From: Thermodesulfobacteriota bacterium
GTDB taxonomy: Bacteria; Desulfobacterota; Desulfobulbia; Desulfobulbales; SURF-16
Length of the DNA stretch: 64,000 nt
Direction of reading: 5' to 3'
Assembly: GCA_039714595.1 (NCBI GenBank)
Contig: JBDLJA010000005.1
Location: 41,890 to 105,889 of the forward strand
Part shown: in pieces, positions 44,993-54,209 of the stretch
Layout of the letters: each line of letters opens with the position of its first letter
How positions within the stretch are numbered: the first letter of the stretch is position 1
Notes under the pieces: generated by a model
Seen by the model: the letters and a program-made list of their open reading frames with translations, nothing else
Told to the model about the DNA's origin: nothing
Database searches by the model: none
Position numbers and translations under genes: made by a program

Positions 44993-47086
44993 TCACGGGG
45001 CCAGGGTCATCCGGGCATCGGCCACCATGGGCTCACTGCCCAGCTCAGCGACGATGAGGGGGTTGATGTCAAGCTCCAGGATCTGGTGGAAATCGGTGGT
45101 GAGCTGGCTCACCCGCTGGAGGCAGGTGGCCAGGGCCTGGATATCCACCGATTTATGGCCCCGCTTACCCTCCAGCATCCCGTAGGAGCGGGTGGCCAGC
45201 AGCATCATCATCGCCTCGTCAAATGTTATGGGGGCCAGGTGGAAGGCGACATCCTCCATCACCTCGACAAAGATGCCGCCCAGACCGAACATCAGCATGG
45301 GCCCAAACTGAGGATCGCGGTTCATGCCGAGGATAATCTCTAAGCCGGGGCGCACCATCTCTTCCACATAGACCCCTTCAATCACCGCCCCCGGCAGCCG
45401 TTCCCTGATCCGCATGTTCAGGAGATCATAGCCGTCGCGGACCGCCTCGGCCCCGTTCAGGTTGAGGCGGACGCCGCCCAGATCGCTCTTATGGACCACA
45501 TCGGCGGAGACGATCTTCAGGGCCACCGGGGCGCCAAACTGCTCGGCCAGCTCCACCGCCTCGTCGCTGCTGGCGGTGAGTCTGCCCCGGGGCACCCGGA
45601 AGCCGTACGCCTTGAGGATCGCCTTCGCCTTCACCTCGGAGAGCTGGAGCCGCTTACCCCGCTGACTGCGGCTGATGATCCGTTCCACCCGCCGGCGGTT
45701 GACCTTGAAACGGCTGACGATACGCGGCGGCCGGTGGCGCCAGAGACTGTACTCATACATGGCCTTCAGCGCCGCCACGGCCCGCTCCGGCGCCTCGTAG
45801 TCGGGCAGGCTGGCGGCGGCCAGCTCCTCCCGGCCCGGCATCACCTCGGCCCCGCCCATGAAGGAGACCAGGACCGGCTTGGCGCCGTTCAGCGCCCCGG
45901 CGATGGCCCGGGCGGTCTCTAAGGGCCTGGTCATGGCCTGGGGGGTGAGGATGACGATAATGGCGTCCACCCCGGCATCATCCTGACCCGCGGTGAGGGC
46001 GGCGGCGTAACGCTGGGGCGGGGCGTCGCCCAGGACATCCACCGGATTGCCCACACTGGCCCCCCGGGGCAGCTGGGCCCGCAGGGAGGAGGCGACGTTG
46101 CCCGCCAGCTCCGCCACCGTGAGCCCCGCCTTTTCCACCGCGTCGGCCGCCATGGTCCCGGGGCCGCCGGCGTTGGTAATGATAAGCACCCGTCTGCCCC
46201 GGGGCAGGGGCTGCAGGGCCAGGGCGGCGCCAAAGTCAAAGAGGGACTCAAAGGTGTCGGCCCGGATCACCCCGCTCTGGCGGAAGGCAGCGCCATAGGC
46301 GGTATCGAGGCCGGCCAGCACCCCGGTATGGGAGGCGGCGGCCTTCTGGCCCGCTTGGGTGGTGCCCGATTTCAAGATGATCACCGGTTTCTGACTGGCG
46401 GCCACCTCCGCCGCCTTGATGAACTCATCACCATCGACGATGTCCTCCAGGTAGCCGATGATCACCCGGCACTCATCATCGGCCGCCATGGCCCGCAGCA
46501 GGTCCACCTCGGAGATATCCGCCTTATTGCCCACGCTGACCACGCTGGTCAGGCCGAGATGGCGGCTCCGGGCCAGATCAAGGATGGCGGTGCAGAGGGC
46601 GCCGGACTGGGAGAAGATGCCGATGGGGCCCGGCTCCGGCATCTGGCCGGCAAAGGAGGCGTTGAGGCGGCTGGCCGTGTTGATGAGCCCCAGACAGTTG
46701 GGACCCAGGAGACGCACCCGGTGGGCCCGGCAGAAATGGGCCAGCTCCCTCTCCAGCCTGGCCCCCTCCGCCCCTGCCTCCTTAAACCCGGCGCTGAGTA
46801 TAATGATGGCGGAAGCCCCCGCCTTCACAGCCGCGCCCACCGCCTCCTCCACCAGGGCCACGGGCAGGGCAATGACACAGAGCTCCACCTCCCGGCCATA
46901 CTCCTGCAACTCGGCAAAACAGGGACAGCCGAGGATCTCCCCCTCACCGCTGGGGTTCACCGCGATGAGCGGCCCAGCAAAAGAGCCGGCCAGCAGATTG
47001 GCCAGCACGTCGTGGCCCACCTTACCCGGGCTCCGCGAGGCGCCGATCACCGCCACCGAGGCGGGGTTAAACAGGGAAGAAAGCAC
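44993..47086 (-). CDS. ADP-forming acetyl-CoA synthetase (fused alpha/beta; CoA-binding + ATP-grasp)
   Basis: 697-aa ORF. N-terminal FNPASVAVIGASRSPGKVG CoA-binding fold, a succinyl-CoA-ligase-like flavodoxin domain and a C-terminal ATP-grasp. Confidence 0.88.
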   Translation of the reverse strand: MLSSLFNPASVAVIGASRSPGKVGHDVLANLLAGSFAGPLIAVNPSGEGEILGCPCFAELQEYGREVELCVIALPVALVEEAVGAAVKAGASAIIILSAGFKEAGAEGARLERELAHFCRAHRVRLLGPNCLGLINTASRLNASFAGQMPEPGPIGIFSQSGALCTAILDLARSRHLGLTSVVSVGNKADISEVDLLRAMAADDECRVIIGYLEDIVDGDEFIKAAEVAASQKPVIILKSGTTQAGQKAAASHTGVLAGLDTAYGAAFRQSGVIRADTFESLFDFGAALALQPLPRGRRVLIITNAGGPGTMAADAVEKAGLTVAELAGNVASSLRAQLPRGASVGNPVDVLGDAPPQRYAAALTAGQDDAGVDAIIVILTPQAMTRPLETARAIAGALNGAKPVLVSFMGGAEVMPGREELAAASLPDYEAPERAVAALKAMYEYSLWRHRPPRIVSRFKVNRRRVERIISRSQRGKRLQLSEVKAKAILKAYGFRVPRGRLTASSDEAVELAEQFGAPVALKIVSADVVHKSDLGGVRLNLNGAEAVRDGYDLLNMRIRERLPGAVIEGVYVEEMVRPGLEIILGMNRDPQFGPMLMFGLGGIFVEVMEDVAFHLAPITFDEAMMMLLATRSYGMLEGKRGHKSVDIQALATCLQRVSQLTTDFHQILELDINPLIVAELGSEPMVADARMTLAP

Positions 47087-47477
47087 AGTCGCACCTTACT
47101 AAAGAGATATATGTGATACCCAGAGCCACTTAGCGCCAGGGGCCGGGCTGGACAAACCTGGAGCAACCAGCAACTTCACCCCCCAACCATAACAGACAAC
47201 ATAAGCACCCTTCTCGTTGCCACAAGTTTCATCATGGCGCAGCGCCAGCCAGCCTGACAAACTAAAAAACCCGCCTGCCAGCGGATCAATTTCCCCCTCT
47301 TGATAAAAAGTGATCTTTTCCCTTTCCATCGGCCTGAAAATATCCTATTAAGAAAACCATTTATTATAAGTGAAACTGCCTGCCCCCTTTTGCGGCTTTC
47401 CGCCCTAAGTTTGGAAGCAAGGCAGAGAAAAAATATTAAATTCCGCCAATCACGAATCTTTTAAGGAGTAAGCCACA

Positions 47478-48614
47478 ATGAAAATCGCGGTTATGAAAGA
47501 ACTCCACCCTGGCGAGACCAGGGTGCCGCTGATCCCCGCCTCGGCCGCCAAGCTGGTCAAGCTGGGTGCGGAGCTGGTCATCGAAAGCGGCATGGGGGAT
47601 ACGTGCCGGTTTGCCGACGCCGACTACACCGAAGTTGGCGCCACCATCGGCGCCAGCCGGGAAGCAATGCTCAAAGAGGCGGACATCATCCTCCGTCTGC
47701 GCAAGCCGCCAGTAGAAGAGATCGAGCTGATGCAGAAAGGCGCCATCCACGTGAGCTACCTGGACCCCTTTAACGAGGTGGAGCTGGTGGACAAGATGAT
47801 GGCCGCCGGTATCTCCACCGTCAGCCTGGAGATGATCCCCCGCACCACCCTGGCCCAGAAGATGGACGTCCTCTCCTCCCAGGCCAACCTGGGCGGTTAC
47901 GTCTCGGTGATCATCGGCGCTGATCTGCTGGACAAGGTGCTGCCCATGATGACCACCCCGGCCGGCACCATCAAGCCGTCCAAGGTCTTTATTATTGGTG
48001 TGGGTGTGGCGGGGCTGCAGGCCATTGCCACGGCCCGGCGCATGGGCGCCCGGGTTGAGGCGTTCGACACCCGGCCCGTGGTGGAAGAGCAGGTTAAGAG
48101 TCTGGGCGCCAAGTTCGTCAAGGTGGATCTTGGCGAGACTGGCCAGACCAAGGACGGCTACGCCACCCAGCTCACCCCTGAGCAGATGGAGATGCAGAAG
48201 CAGGGCATGGCCAAGGCGTGCGCTTCTTCCGACATCGTCATCACCACGGCCCAGCTCTTTGGCCGGCCGGCGCCGCGCATCGTCGACGACGCCATGATCA
48301 AAGAGATGGCGCCTGGTTCGGTCATCATCGATATGGCGGTGGAGACCGGCGGCAACGTCGAGGGTTCTGTTGAGGGCGAGGTCACCGAGATCCACGGCGT
48401 CAAGGTGGTTGGCCTGGCCAACCTGCCTGGTCAGGTGGCCGAGACCGCCAGCCAGATGTATTCGGCCAACCTGGCCAACTTCGTCGATCATTTCTGGGAT
48501 AAGGAGGGTAAGACCTTCAACCTGGATACGGAAGACGAGATCATCGCTGGCTCGCTCATCACCCACGATGGCGCCCTGTTCAGCGAGATGTATAAGAGCA
48601 TAATGAAGAAATAA
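47478..48614 (+). CDS. pntAA: NAD(P) transhydrogenase subunit alpha part 1
   Basis: 378-aa ORF. Alanine dehydrogenase/PNT domain with the dinucleotide fold VFIIGVGVAGLQAI. Confidence 0.92.
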   Translation: MKIAVMKELHPGETRVPLIPASAAKLVKLGAELVIESGMGDTCRFADADYTEVGATIGASREAMLKEADIILRLRKPPVEEIELMQKGAIHVSYLDPFNEVELVDKMMAAGISTVSLEMIPRTTLAQKMDVLSSQANLGGYVSVIIGADLLDKVLPMMTTPAGTIKPSKVFIIGVGVAGLQAIATARRMGARVEAFDTRPVVEEQVKSLGAKFVKVDLGETGQTKDGYATQLTPEQMEMQKQGMAKACASSDIVITTAQLFGRPAPRIVDDAMIKEMAPGSVIIDMAVETGGNVEGSVEGEVTEIHGVKVVGLANLPGQVAETASQMYSANLANFVDHFWDKEGKTFNLDTEDEIIAGSLITHDGALFSEMYKSIMKK

Positions 48615-48629
48615 GGAGACTTTAAGAAA

Positions 48630-48923
48630 ATGGAAGCTGTCTATCTTACATTTGTCTTTGTCCTGGCTATATTTTTAGGGTTTGAGCTGATCTCCAAGGT
48701 CCCCTCCACCCTCCATACGCCACTCATGTCCGGGTCCAACGCCATCTCCGGCATTACCCTCATCGGCGCTTTAGCGTCACTGAAAACCGACAACACCCAG
48801 CTGGCCGCCATCCTGGCCACCCTGGCGGTTGCCTTTGCCACCATCAACGTGGTGGGCGGCTACGCCGTGACCAACCGCATGCTGGAGATGTTCAAGAAAA
48901 AAGATGAAGGAGAAGCATCATGA
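48630..48923 (+). CDS. pntAB: NAD(P) transhydrogenase subunit alpha part 2 (membrane)
   Basis: 97-aa hydrophobic ORF between pntAA and pntB with ...TPLMSGSNAISGI...; 4-nt overlap with pntB. Confidence 0.88.
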   Translation: MEAVYLTFVFVLAIFLGFELISKVPSTLHTPLMSGSNAISGITLIGALASLKTDNTQLAAILATLAVAFATINVVGGYAVTNRMLEMFKKKDEGEAS

Positions 48924-50305
48924 GTTCGGCCCAGATTGGAATTAACTTCGCATATGTTATCTCGGCGGCCCTGTTCATCTTCGGCCTGAAGATGCTGGGT
49001 TCCCCCGCCACGGCCCGGCGCGGCAACCTGCTATCCTCGTTTGGTATGCTCCTGGCCATTGTCGTTACCTTGCTCAATGCTGGTCTCGACTATAAATGGA
49101 TCGTCATCGGCATGTTCATCGGCTCGGCCATCGGTCTTTTTGCCGCCTACAAGGTGGAGATGACCTCCATGCCGGAGATGGTCGCCCTCTTTAACGGCTT
49201 CGGCGGTATCTCGTCCATGCTTCTGGCCTGGGGTGAGTATGCCCAGAACCCTGGGATGTCCACCTTCATCGCCTGTGTTGCCGTACTCTCCGCCTTTGTC
49301 GGCGCCATGACCTTCTCCGGTTCCATGGTGGCCTTTGGCAAGCTCTCCGGCAAGATCACCCAGCAGGCCGTGGTCTTCTCCGGCCAGCATATCATCAACT
49401 CCTTGATTGTCCTGGTCACCTTAGGCGCCACTGTTTTCTTCGCCCTCCAGCCGGAGACGGCCATGGGCAACAACGCCTTCTACCTGATCCTGGCCCTGGC
49501 TCTGATCTTCGGTATTGCCTCCACCATTCCCATTGGCGGGGCGGACATGCCGGTGGTTATTTCCCTGCTTAACAGCTACTCGGGCTTAGCCGCCTGTGCC
49601 GCCGGTTTTGTAATCGCCAATAACATCCTCATCGTGGCCGGCGCCCTGGTTGGCGCCTCGGGCATCATCTTGACCAACATCATGTGCAAGGCGATGAACC
49701 GTTCCTTAGCCAACGTCCTCTTCTCCGGTTTTGGTTCCGCCACCCAGGCGGCAAGCTCCGGTGACGGACCCCAGGGCGAGGTACGGCCCGCCAACGCCGA
49801 GGATGTCTACTACATCCTGGAGGCGGCCGACTCAGTGGCCTTTGTTCCCGGTTACGGTCTGGCCGTGGCCCAGGCCCAGCACGTGGTCAAAGAGCTTGGC
49901 GACCTGCTGGAGGAGAACGACACCGAGGTGAGCTACGCCATCCATCCTGTAGCCGGGCGGATGCCGGGCCACATGAACGTCCTCTTGGCCGAGGCCAACG
50001 TGCCCTACGATCAACTGGTGGAGATGGATGACATCAACCCCCGGATGGACTCAGTGGATGTCTGCGTGGTGATCGGCGCCAACGACGTGGTCAACCCGGC
50101 CGCCCTGGATGACGAGTCCAGCCCGGTCTACGGCATGCCCATCATCGAGACCTTTAACGCCAATACCGTTATTGTCCTCAAGCGTTCCATGAACCCCGGC
50201 TTTGCCGGCATCCAGAACGCCCTTTTCTTCCGGGAGAACACCCGGATGTACTTTGGCGACGCCAAGGTGGCCATTCAGGATCTGGTCAGCGAGTTCAAGA
50301 GCTAG
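48920..50305 (+). CDS. pntB: NAD(P) transhydrogenase subunit beta
   Basis: 461-aa ORF. N-terminal membrane domain plus the C-terminal NADP(H) domain ...GYGLAVAQAQH...IHPVAGRMPGHMNVLLAEA.... Confidence 0.93.
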   Translation: MSSAQIGINFAYVISAALFIFGLKMLGSPATARRGNLLSSFGMLLAIVVTLLNAGLDYKWIVIGMFIGSAIGLFAAYKVEMTSMPEMVALFNGFGGISSMLLAWGEYAQNPGMSTFIACVAVLSAFVGAMTFSGSMVAFGKLSGKITQQAVVFSGQHIINSLIVLVTLGATVFFALQPETAMGNNAFYLILALALIFGIASTIPIGGADMPVVISLLNSYSGLAACAAGFVIANNILIVAGALVGASGIILTNIMCKAMNRSLANVLFSGFGSATQAASSGDGPQGEVRPANAEDVYYILEAADSVAFVPGYGLAVAQAQHVVKELGDLLEENDTEVSYAIHPVAGRMPGHMNVLLAEANVPYDQLVEMDDINPRMDSVDVCVVIGANDVVNPAALDDESSPVYGMPIIETFNANTVIVLKRSMNPGFAGIQNALFFRENTRMYFGDAKVAIQDLVSEFKS

Positions 50306-50340
50306 TTCACTTCGCGGCTTAATTAGCTGGAGCAAAAAAA

Positions 50341-50378
50341 GGGCCGGTTTCCCCCCCAGGGGATCCGGCCCTTTTTTT
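50341..50378. terminator. Rho-independent terminator after pntB
   Basis: An A-run, then gggccgg...ccggccc with an inner cccc/gggg pairing, then T7. Confidence 0.7.
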
Positions 50379-50385
50379 ATTTAAA

Positions 50386-50472
50386 TGACTTGAACTAAGC
50401 GCCTGTAAGTAGTTCCAAAATCAACTCTTCAGCATGTTGTTTTTTGGCAGACATTGCTGAGCAAGTCACTAA
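50386..50472. repeat. ~88-bp low-GC element, copy 1
   Basis: tgacttgaactaagcgcctgtaagtag...gctgagcaagtcactaa. Near-identical to 50513-50601. Termini are inverted (TGACTTG / CAAGTCA). Confidence 0.85.
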
Positions 50473-50512
50473 CCCTCTAAAGAAGAAGTGGTCTTAGGAT
50501 TATTAGGATAAG

Positions 50513-50601
50513 TGACTTGAACTAAGCGCCTGTGAGTAGTTCCAAAATCAACTCTTCAGCATGTTGTTTTTTATGGCAGACATTGCTGGGCAAGTCACTA
50601 A
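50513..50601. repeat. ~88-bp low-GC element, copy 2
   Basis: Differs from copy 1 by two substitutions and a 2-nt indel (tttttggcag vs ttttttatggcag). Has 9-bp perfect terminal inverted repeats AGTGACTTG / CAAGTCACT and abuts the usp stop codon. Confidence 0.85.
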
Positions 50602-51026
50602 TGTTGCGGGCCAAAGATCAGGGTGGGGCACGGCGACAGCCGCACCACCCGCTCGGCCACCGAGCCCATAACCACCTTTTCCAGCCCCTTGGAGCCCACG
50701 GAGCCGATAACGATGAGCTCCGCCTCAATATCACCGGCAAAGGAGAGAATCTCATCGGCGGCGTCTCCTAAAACCACCTTGCCGATGGAGCCGAGGTGTT
50801 TATCCACCAGATTACTCATCTTGCGCTCATAGTAGGTGAGCATCTCTTTAGTGGCGACATCAAAGGAGTGGTGGGCGAAACCGCCATATACCCCCAGGGG
50901 CCGGCAGACATGGATGAAGCGCAGGCTGCCGCCGAACTTCTCCGCCACCATGGCCGCGTAGTCGGCCAGCTTCTGGGTATGGGGGGCGAAATCAACCGGG
51001 ACAACGATCTGAAAACCTTCTGCCAT
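50598..51026 (-). CDS. Universal stress protein (UspA family)
   Basis: 142-aa ORF with the C-terminal ATP-binding-type motif ...LIVIGSVGSKGLEKVVMGSVAERVV. Confidence 0.85.
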   Translation of the reverse strand: MAEGFQIVVPVDFAPHTQKLADYAAMVAEKFGGSLRFIHVCRPLGVYGGFAHHSFDVATKEMLTYYERKMSNLVDKHLGSIGKVVLGDAADEILSFAGDIEAELIVIGSVGSKGLEKVVMGSVAERVVRLSPCPTLIFGPQH

Positions 51027-51236
51027 GACATTTCCTCCTATTTTTTCTTTACCGGCCTGGCAGGGACAGGCTGCACCCCACCTTCTCTCTTCGCTTACCT
51101 GCGCCCGGGTTATGGCCGGAGAGATTATTAATTAACAGGTCGTTAGCCTTGGCCAGATACCGGCCTGGTCCAGCTGACAGCGCCCCTTCCTCTCTCTAAA
51201 CAAACAATATGTCGATGTTGGCCAGGGACAAGGGTC

Positions 51237-53141
51237 TTATTTCTTTTTCTCCCCCTGGCCATCACTCAACCGCCCCGCCACGCCAGGGAAGAGGGACATG
51301 TCGGTGTGGGGCAGGAAGAGGGAGGCCACATACTGCTCGTGATAGGAGGGTACCTCGGAGAGCTCAAAGCTGGTCATCCGCCCCACCACGTCCAGAACGT
51401 CCTGGCGGATGTGGTTGCTGAGCCCGCTCATCCTGGCGCCTAAGAGCGAGCCGTTGCCGATGTAGTTCACCCGTTCCGCTCCCATCTCCGGCAGGAGACC
51501 GATGGTGATGGCGGCGTCGAGATCCACGAATGAGCCAAAGCCGCCGGCCAGAATCACCTCCTCGATATCGGTGGTGGCCAGCCCCACCTCCTCGATGAGG
51601 GTCTTCACCCCGGCGAAGATGGCGGCCTTGGTCCGGATAAGGTTGTCGATATCCACCTCGGTGATAACGATATCCTCAACGATCCCCGCCTCGCCGGCTA
51701 AAACCAAGACATACTCCCAGCCGCTGCTTCCCTCCCGCAGCCGCGCCCCGGCCATATCCCGGTTGAACTTGCCCCGGTGGTCCAGCACCCCGCGGCTGAA
51801 TAAGGCGGCCACGACAATGAGCAGGCCGGAGCCGCAGATGCCGGCGGGCGCGGCCTGGCCGATGGTGACGACCATCGGTTCCAGGGAGTCTGGCGCCAGG
51901 GAAAAATCCACGATGGCCCCGGCCGCGGCCCGCATCCCGTGGCGGATGCCGCCGCCCTCAAAGGCGGGGCCGGCGGAACAGGCGGCGCAGACCAGCCAGT
52001 CGCGGTTACCGATGACGATCTCGGCATTGGTGCCGATGTCGATGAAGAGGGAGAGTTTTTCGGTGAGATGCATCCCCGCCCCCATTACTCCGGCGACAAT
52101 ATCGCCCCCCACATAGCTGGAGATGGCCGGATAGACCAGGGCCACGGCGTGGGCGGCCAGCTCAAGGCCGATATCCTGGGCCCGGAGGGGGGCAAAGAGG
52201 GTGGAAACCGGCACGTAGGGGGCACGGCGAATGTTGTCCGGCTCCAAGCCTAAGAGGAGATGGGTCATGGTGGTGTTGGCGGCCAGGGTAAGGGACGATA
52301 TCTCCTCGCGGCCGATGCCGGTGGCCTTCAGCATCCTGCTGATCAGCAGGTTGATCGACTTTGCGGCCAGCTGCTGCATCAGGGCCAGACCGTCCTCCTT
52401 CTCCGCCTGGATGATGCGGCTGATAACATCCTCGCCGTAACTCATCTGGCGGTTATACTCACCCTCCTCCACCAGCACCTTGCCCGAGTGGAGATCGATG
52501 AGCTGGCCATGGACCGTGGTGGTGCCCAGATCAAAGGCGAGGCCGAAGTTGCGTTCCACCCAGTTGCCGGGCTGGACATTCATGACAAACGACTTCCCCT
52601 GTTCTTCCCGGACCGGCAGGGCCACGGTGACCGTGACCCGGAAGTCATCGGCCCGGAGAACCTTTCGCAGCTTACGGAGTATGGCCAGGGGCACCACCAC
52701 CCGGTGCCGGCCATACTGGCTCTTCAGGGCCTGGGTGAGCCGGGCCCCGTCACTCATATTATCGCCAGCAGAGGGCCGGGGCAGCTCAAGAAAGTATTTT
52801 TCGATGGGCGGGTGGAAGATGCCGGCCTCACGCAGCTCATCGATGGAGTAGGTGCGGGCCCGGGCCCGGTGGCGGGCCATGATGGCCCCGACAAGAGCGG
52901 TATCGCCGGGCAGGGTAATTGTCACATCGCCCTGCACCTCATAACCGCAGGCCAGCTGGAGGCCAGTTGCCTGGCCAGCCGCCTCTGTCTCAGCAGAGAC
53001 CTCCACCTGGCACTTGCCGCACACCCCGGTGCCGCCGCAGGAGGCGTTGATGTGCAGCCCCAGCTCCTGGGCCGCCGCCATCACCGTGGTGCCGGCGAGG
53101 ACAACGACGCTCTGGCCCGAGGGCTGGAAGGTTACCTTCAT
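51237..53141 (-). CDS. [2Fe-2S] ferredoxin + ASKHA ATPase (DUF4445) protein, RACo-like corrinoid reductive activase
   Basis: 634-aa ORF. N-terminal plant-type ferredoxin CGGTGVCGKCQV, a long ASKHA/actin-fold-like region (FDLGTTTV...IDIGTNAE...). ATGA overlap with the upstream gene. Confidence 0.8.
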   Translation of the reverse strand: MKVTFQPSGQSVVVLAGTTVMAAAQELGLHINASCGGTGVCGKCQVEVSAETEAAGQATGLQLACGYEVQGDVTITLPGDTALVGAIMARHRARARTYSIDELREAGIFHPPIEKYFLELPRPSAGDNMSDGARLTQALKSQYGRHRVVVPLAILRKLRKVLRADDFRVTVTVALPVREEQGKSFVMNVQPGNWVERNFGLAFDLGTTTVHGQLIDLHSGKVLVEEGEYNRQMSYGEDVISRIIQAEKEDGLALMQQLAAKSINLLISRMLKATGIGREEISSLTLAANTTMTHLLLGLEPDNIRRAPYVPVSTLFAPLRAQDIGLELAAHAVALVYPAISSYVGGDIVAGVMGAGMHLTEKLSLFIDIGTNAEIVIGNRDWLVCAACSAGPAFEGGGIRHGMRAAAGAIVDFSLAPDSLEPMVVTIGQAAPAGICGSGLLIVVAALFSRGVLDHRGKFNRDMAGARLREGSSGWEYVLVLAGEAGIVEDIVITEVDIDNLIRTKAAIFAGVKTLIEEVGLATTDIEEVILAGGFGSFVDLDAAITIGLLPEMGAERVNYIGNGSLLGARMSGLSNHIRQDVLDVVGRMTSFELSEVPSYHEQYVASLFLPHTDMSLFPGVAGRLSDGQGEKKK

Positions 53142-53995
53142 TGGCGCCCGCCGCCTGCCCCGTCCCGCGGCCCGGCCAGCTCGGCCACCGTCATCTGGGC
53201 CAGCTCCGCCCCGCTGAAGACCGGGCCGTCGGTACAGACCAGCTTATCGTCCAGGTGGCAGTGGCCGCACACCCCCACCCCGCACTTCATGTGACGCTCC
53301 AGGGTGGTGAAGATCATCTCCGGCGGCCAGCCCAACTCAATAAGTTTCGCCATGGTGGCCCTGATCATCACCGGCGGGCCGCAGACTAAAGCATGACCAT
53401 GGCCAGGGTAGGAAAAATCGCGCAAAAGCTCGGTGACGAGACCGGTATGGCCGTCCCACTCATCGTCCCCCTCATCCACGGTGAGACGACAGTCAACCCC
53501 CTGCTCCTGCCACTGGCTGATGGCCCCAGAAAAACAGATGTCGGCCGGCGTGCGGCTGCCGTAACAGAGGCTCAGCTTCACCTCGGCAAGACCCTTCGCC
53601 CCCTTCCAAGCCAGACAGCTGTCCAGCACCCCCTTCAGGGGAGCCAGGCCGATGCCGCCGGCCACCAGGAGCAGGTCCTGGCCCAGTAGATCCGCCACGG
53701 GAAAGGGGCGGCCGTATGGCCCCCGCACACCTAAGGTCTCTCCCACCGCCATCTTCTGCACCGCCCGGGTGAGCTTACCCGCCTCCCTGATGGTGAGATC
53801 AAGGGTGGCGGAATCGGCCGGTTCGGAAGAGATAGAGATGGGCGCCTCACCGCAGTGGGGCACGGAGAGCATGACAAACTGACCAACGGCAAAGGGCGTA
53901 ATGGCGGCACCATCGGCCCGGGCCAGGCGGAAGGTTTTCACAAGATGATTTTCCTGGGTGATCTCGCGGATGATCATCGGCTGGGGGAGATACAT
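53138..53995 (-). CDS. FAD/NAD(P)-binding flavoprotein with C-terminal [2Fe-2S] (AsrB / sulfhydrogenase gamma / PyrK-like)
   Basis: 285-aa ORF. Ferredoxin-reductase-type fold (GQFVMLSVP..., VAGGIGLAPL) and the C-terminal cluster motif CGVGVCGHCHL. Confidence 0.82.
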   Translation of the reverse strand: MYLPQPMIIREITQENHLVKTFRLARADGAAITPFAVGQFVMLSVPHCGEAPISISSEPADSATLDLTIREAGKLTRAVQKMAVGETLGVRGPYGRPFPVADLLGQDLLLVAGGIGLAPLKGVLDSCLAWKGAKGLAEVKLSLCYGSRTPADICFSGAISQWQEQGVDCRLTVDEGDDEWDGHTGLVTELLRDFSYPGHGHALVCGPPVMIRATMAKLIELGWPPEMIFTTLERHMKCGVGVCGHCHLDDKLVCTDGPVFSGAELAQMTVAELAGPRDGAGGGRQ

Positions 53996-54110
53996 GGATT
54001 TTTCTATTGTGGAGTTTTTTTAAATTAAACAACCACCGCTTTTCGGCCGGAGGTTTTAAGGTCACGGACCGGCATGACGGATTCATTTAAACGACAAACC
54101 GCAGAATAAC

Positions 54111-54202
54111 GAATTTCGAATGTCGAACCGCAGAAGGAAGGTACTTTTCTTAATTAGGACAACATCCTTCCTTCGACATTCGACATTCGATATTCGAAAT
54201 TC
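54111..54202. repeat. Long imperfect hairpin built from inverted ATTCGAN heptamer arrays
   Basis: The left arm is gaatttcgaatgtcgaa-ccgca-gaaggaagg, followed by a 24-nt loop. The right arm is ccttccttc-gacattcgacattcgatattcgaaattc and contains ATTCGAC ATTCGAC ATTCGAT ATTCGAA in tandem. It lies in a 214-nt intra-operon gap. Confidence 0.75.
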
Positions 54203-54209
54203 TCTTTTA

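Noticed and set aside
50386-50601. CRISPR array as an explanation for the repeated units.
   Set aside because: There are only two copies, the units are about 88 bp with a 40-bp spacer, the copies are not identical, and there are no cas genes. This does not fit CRISPR repeat/spacer geometry.
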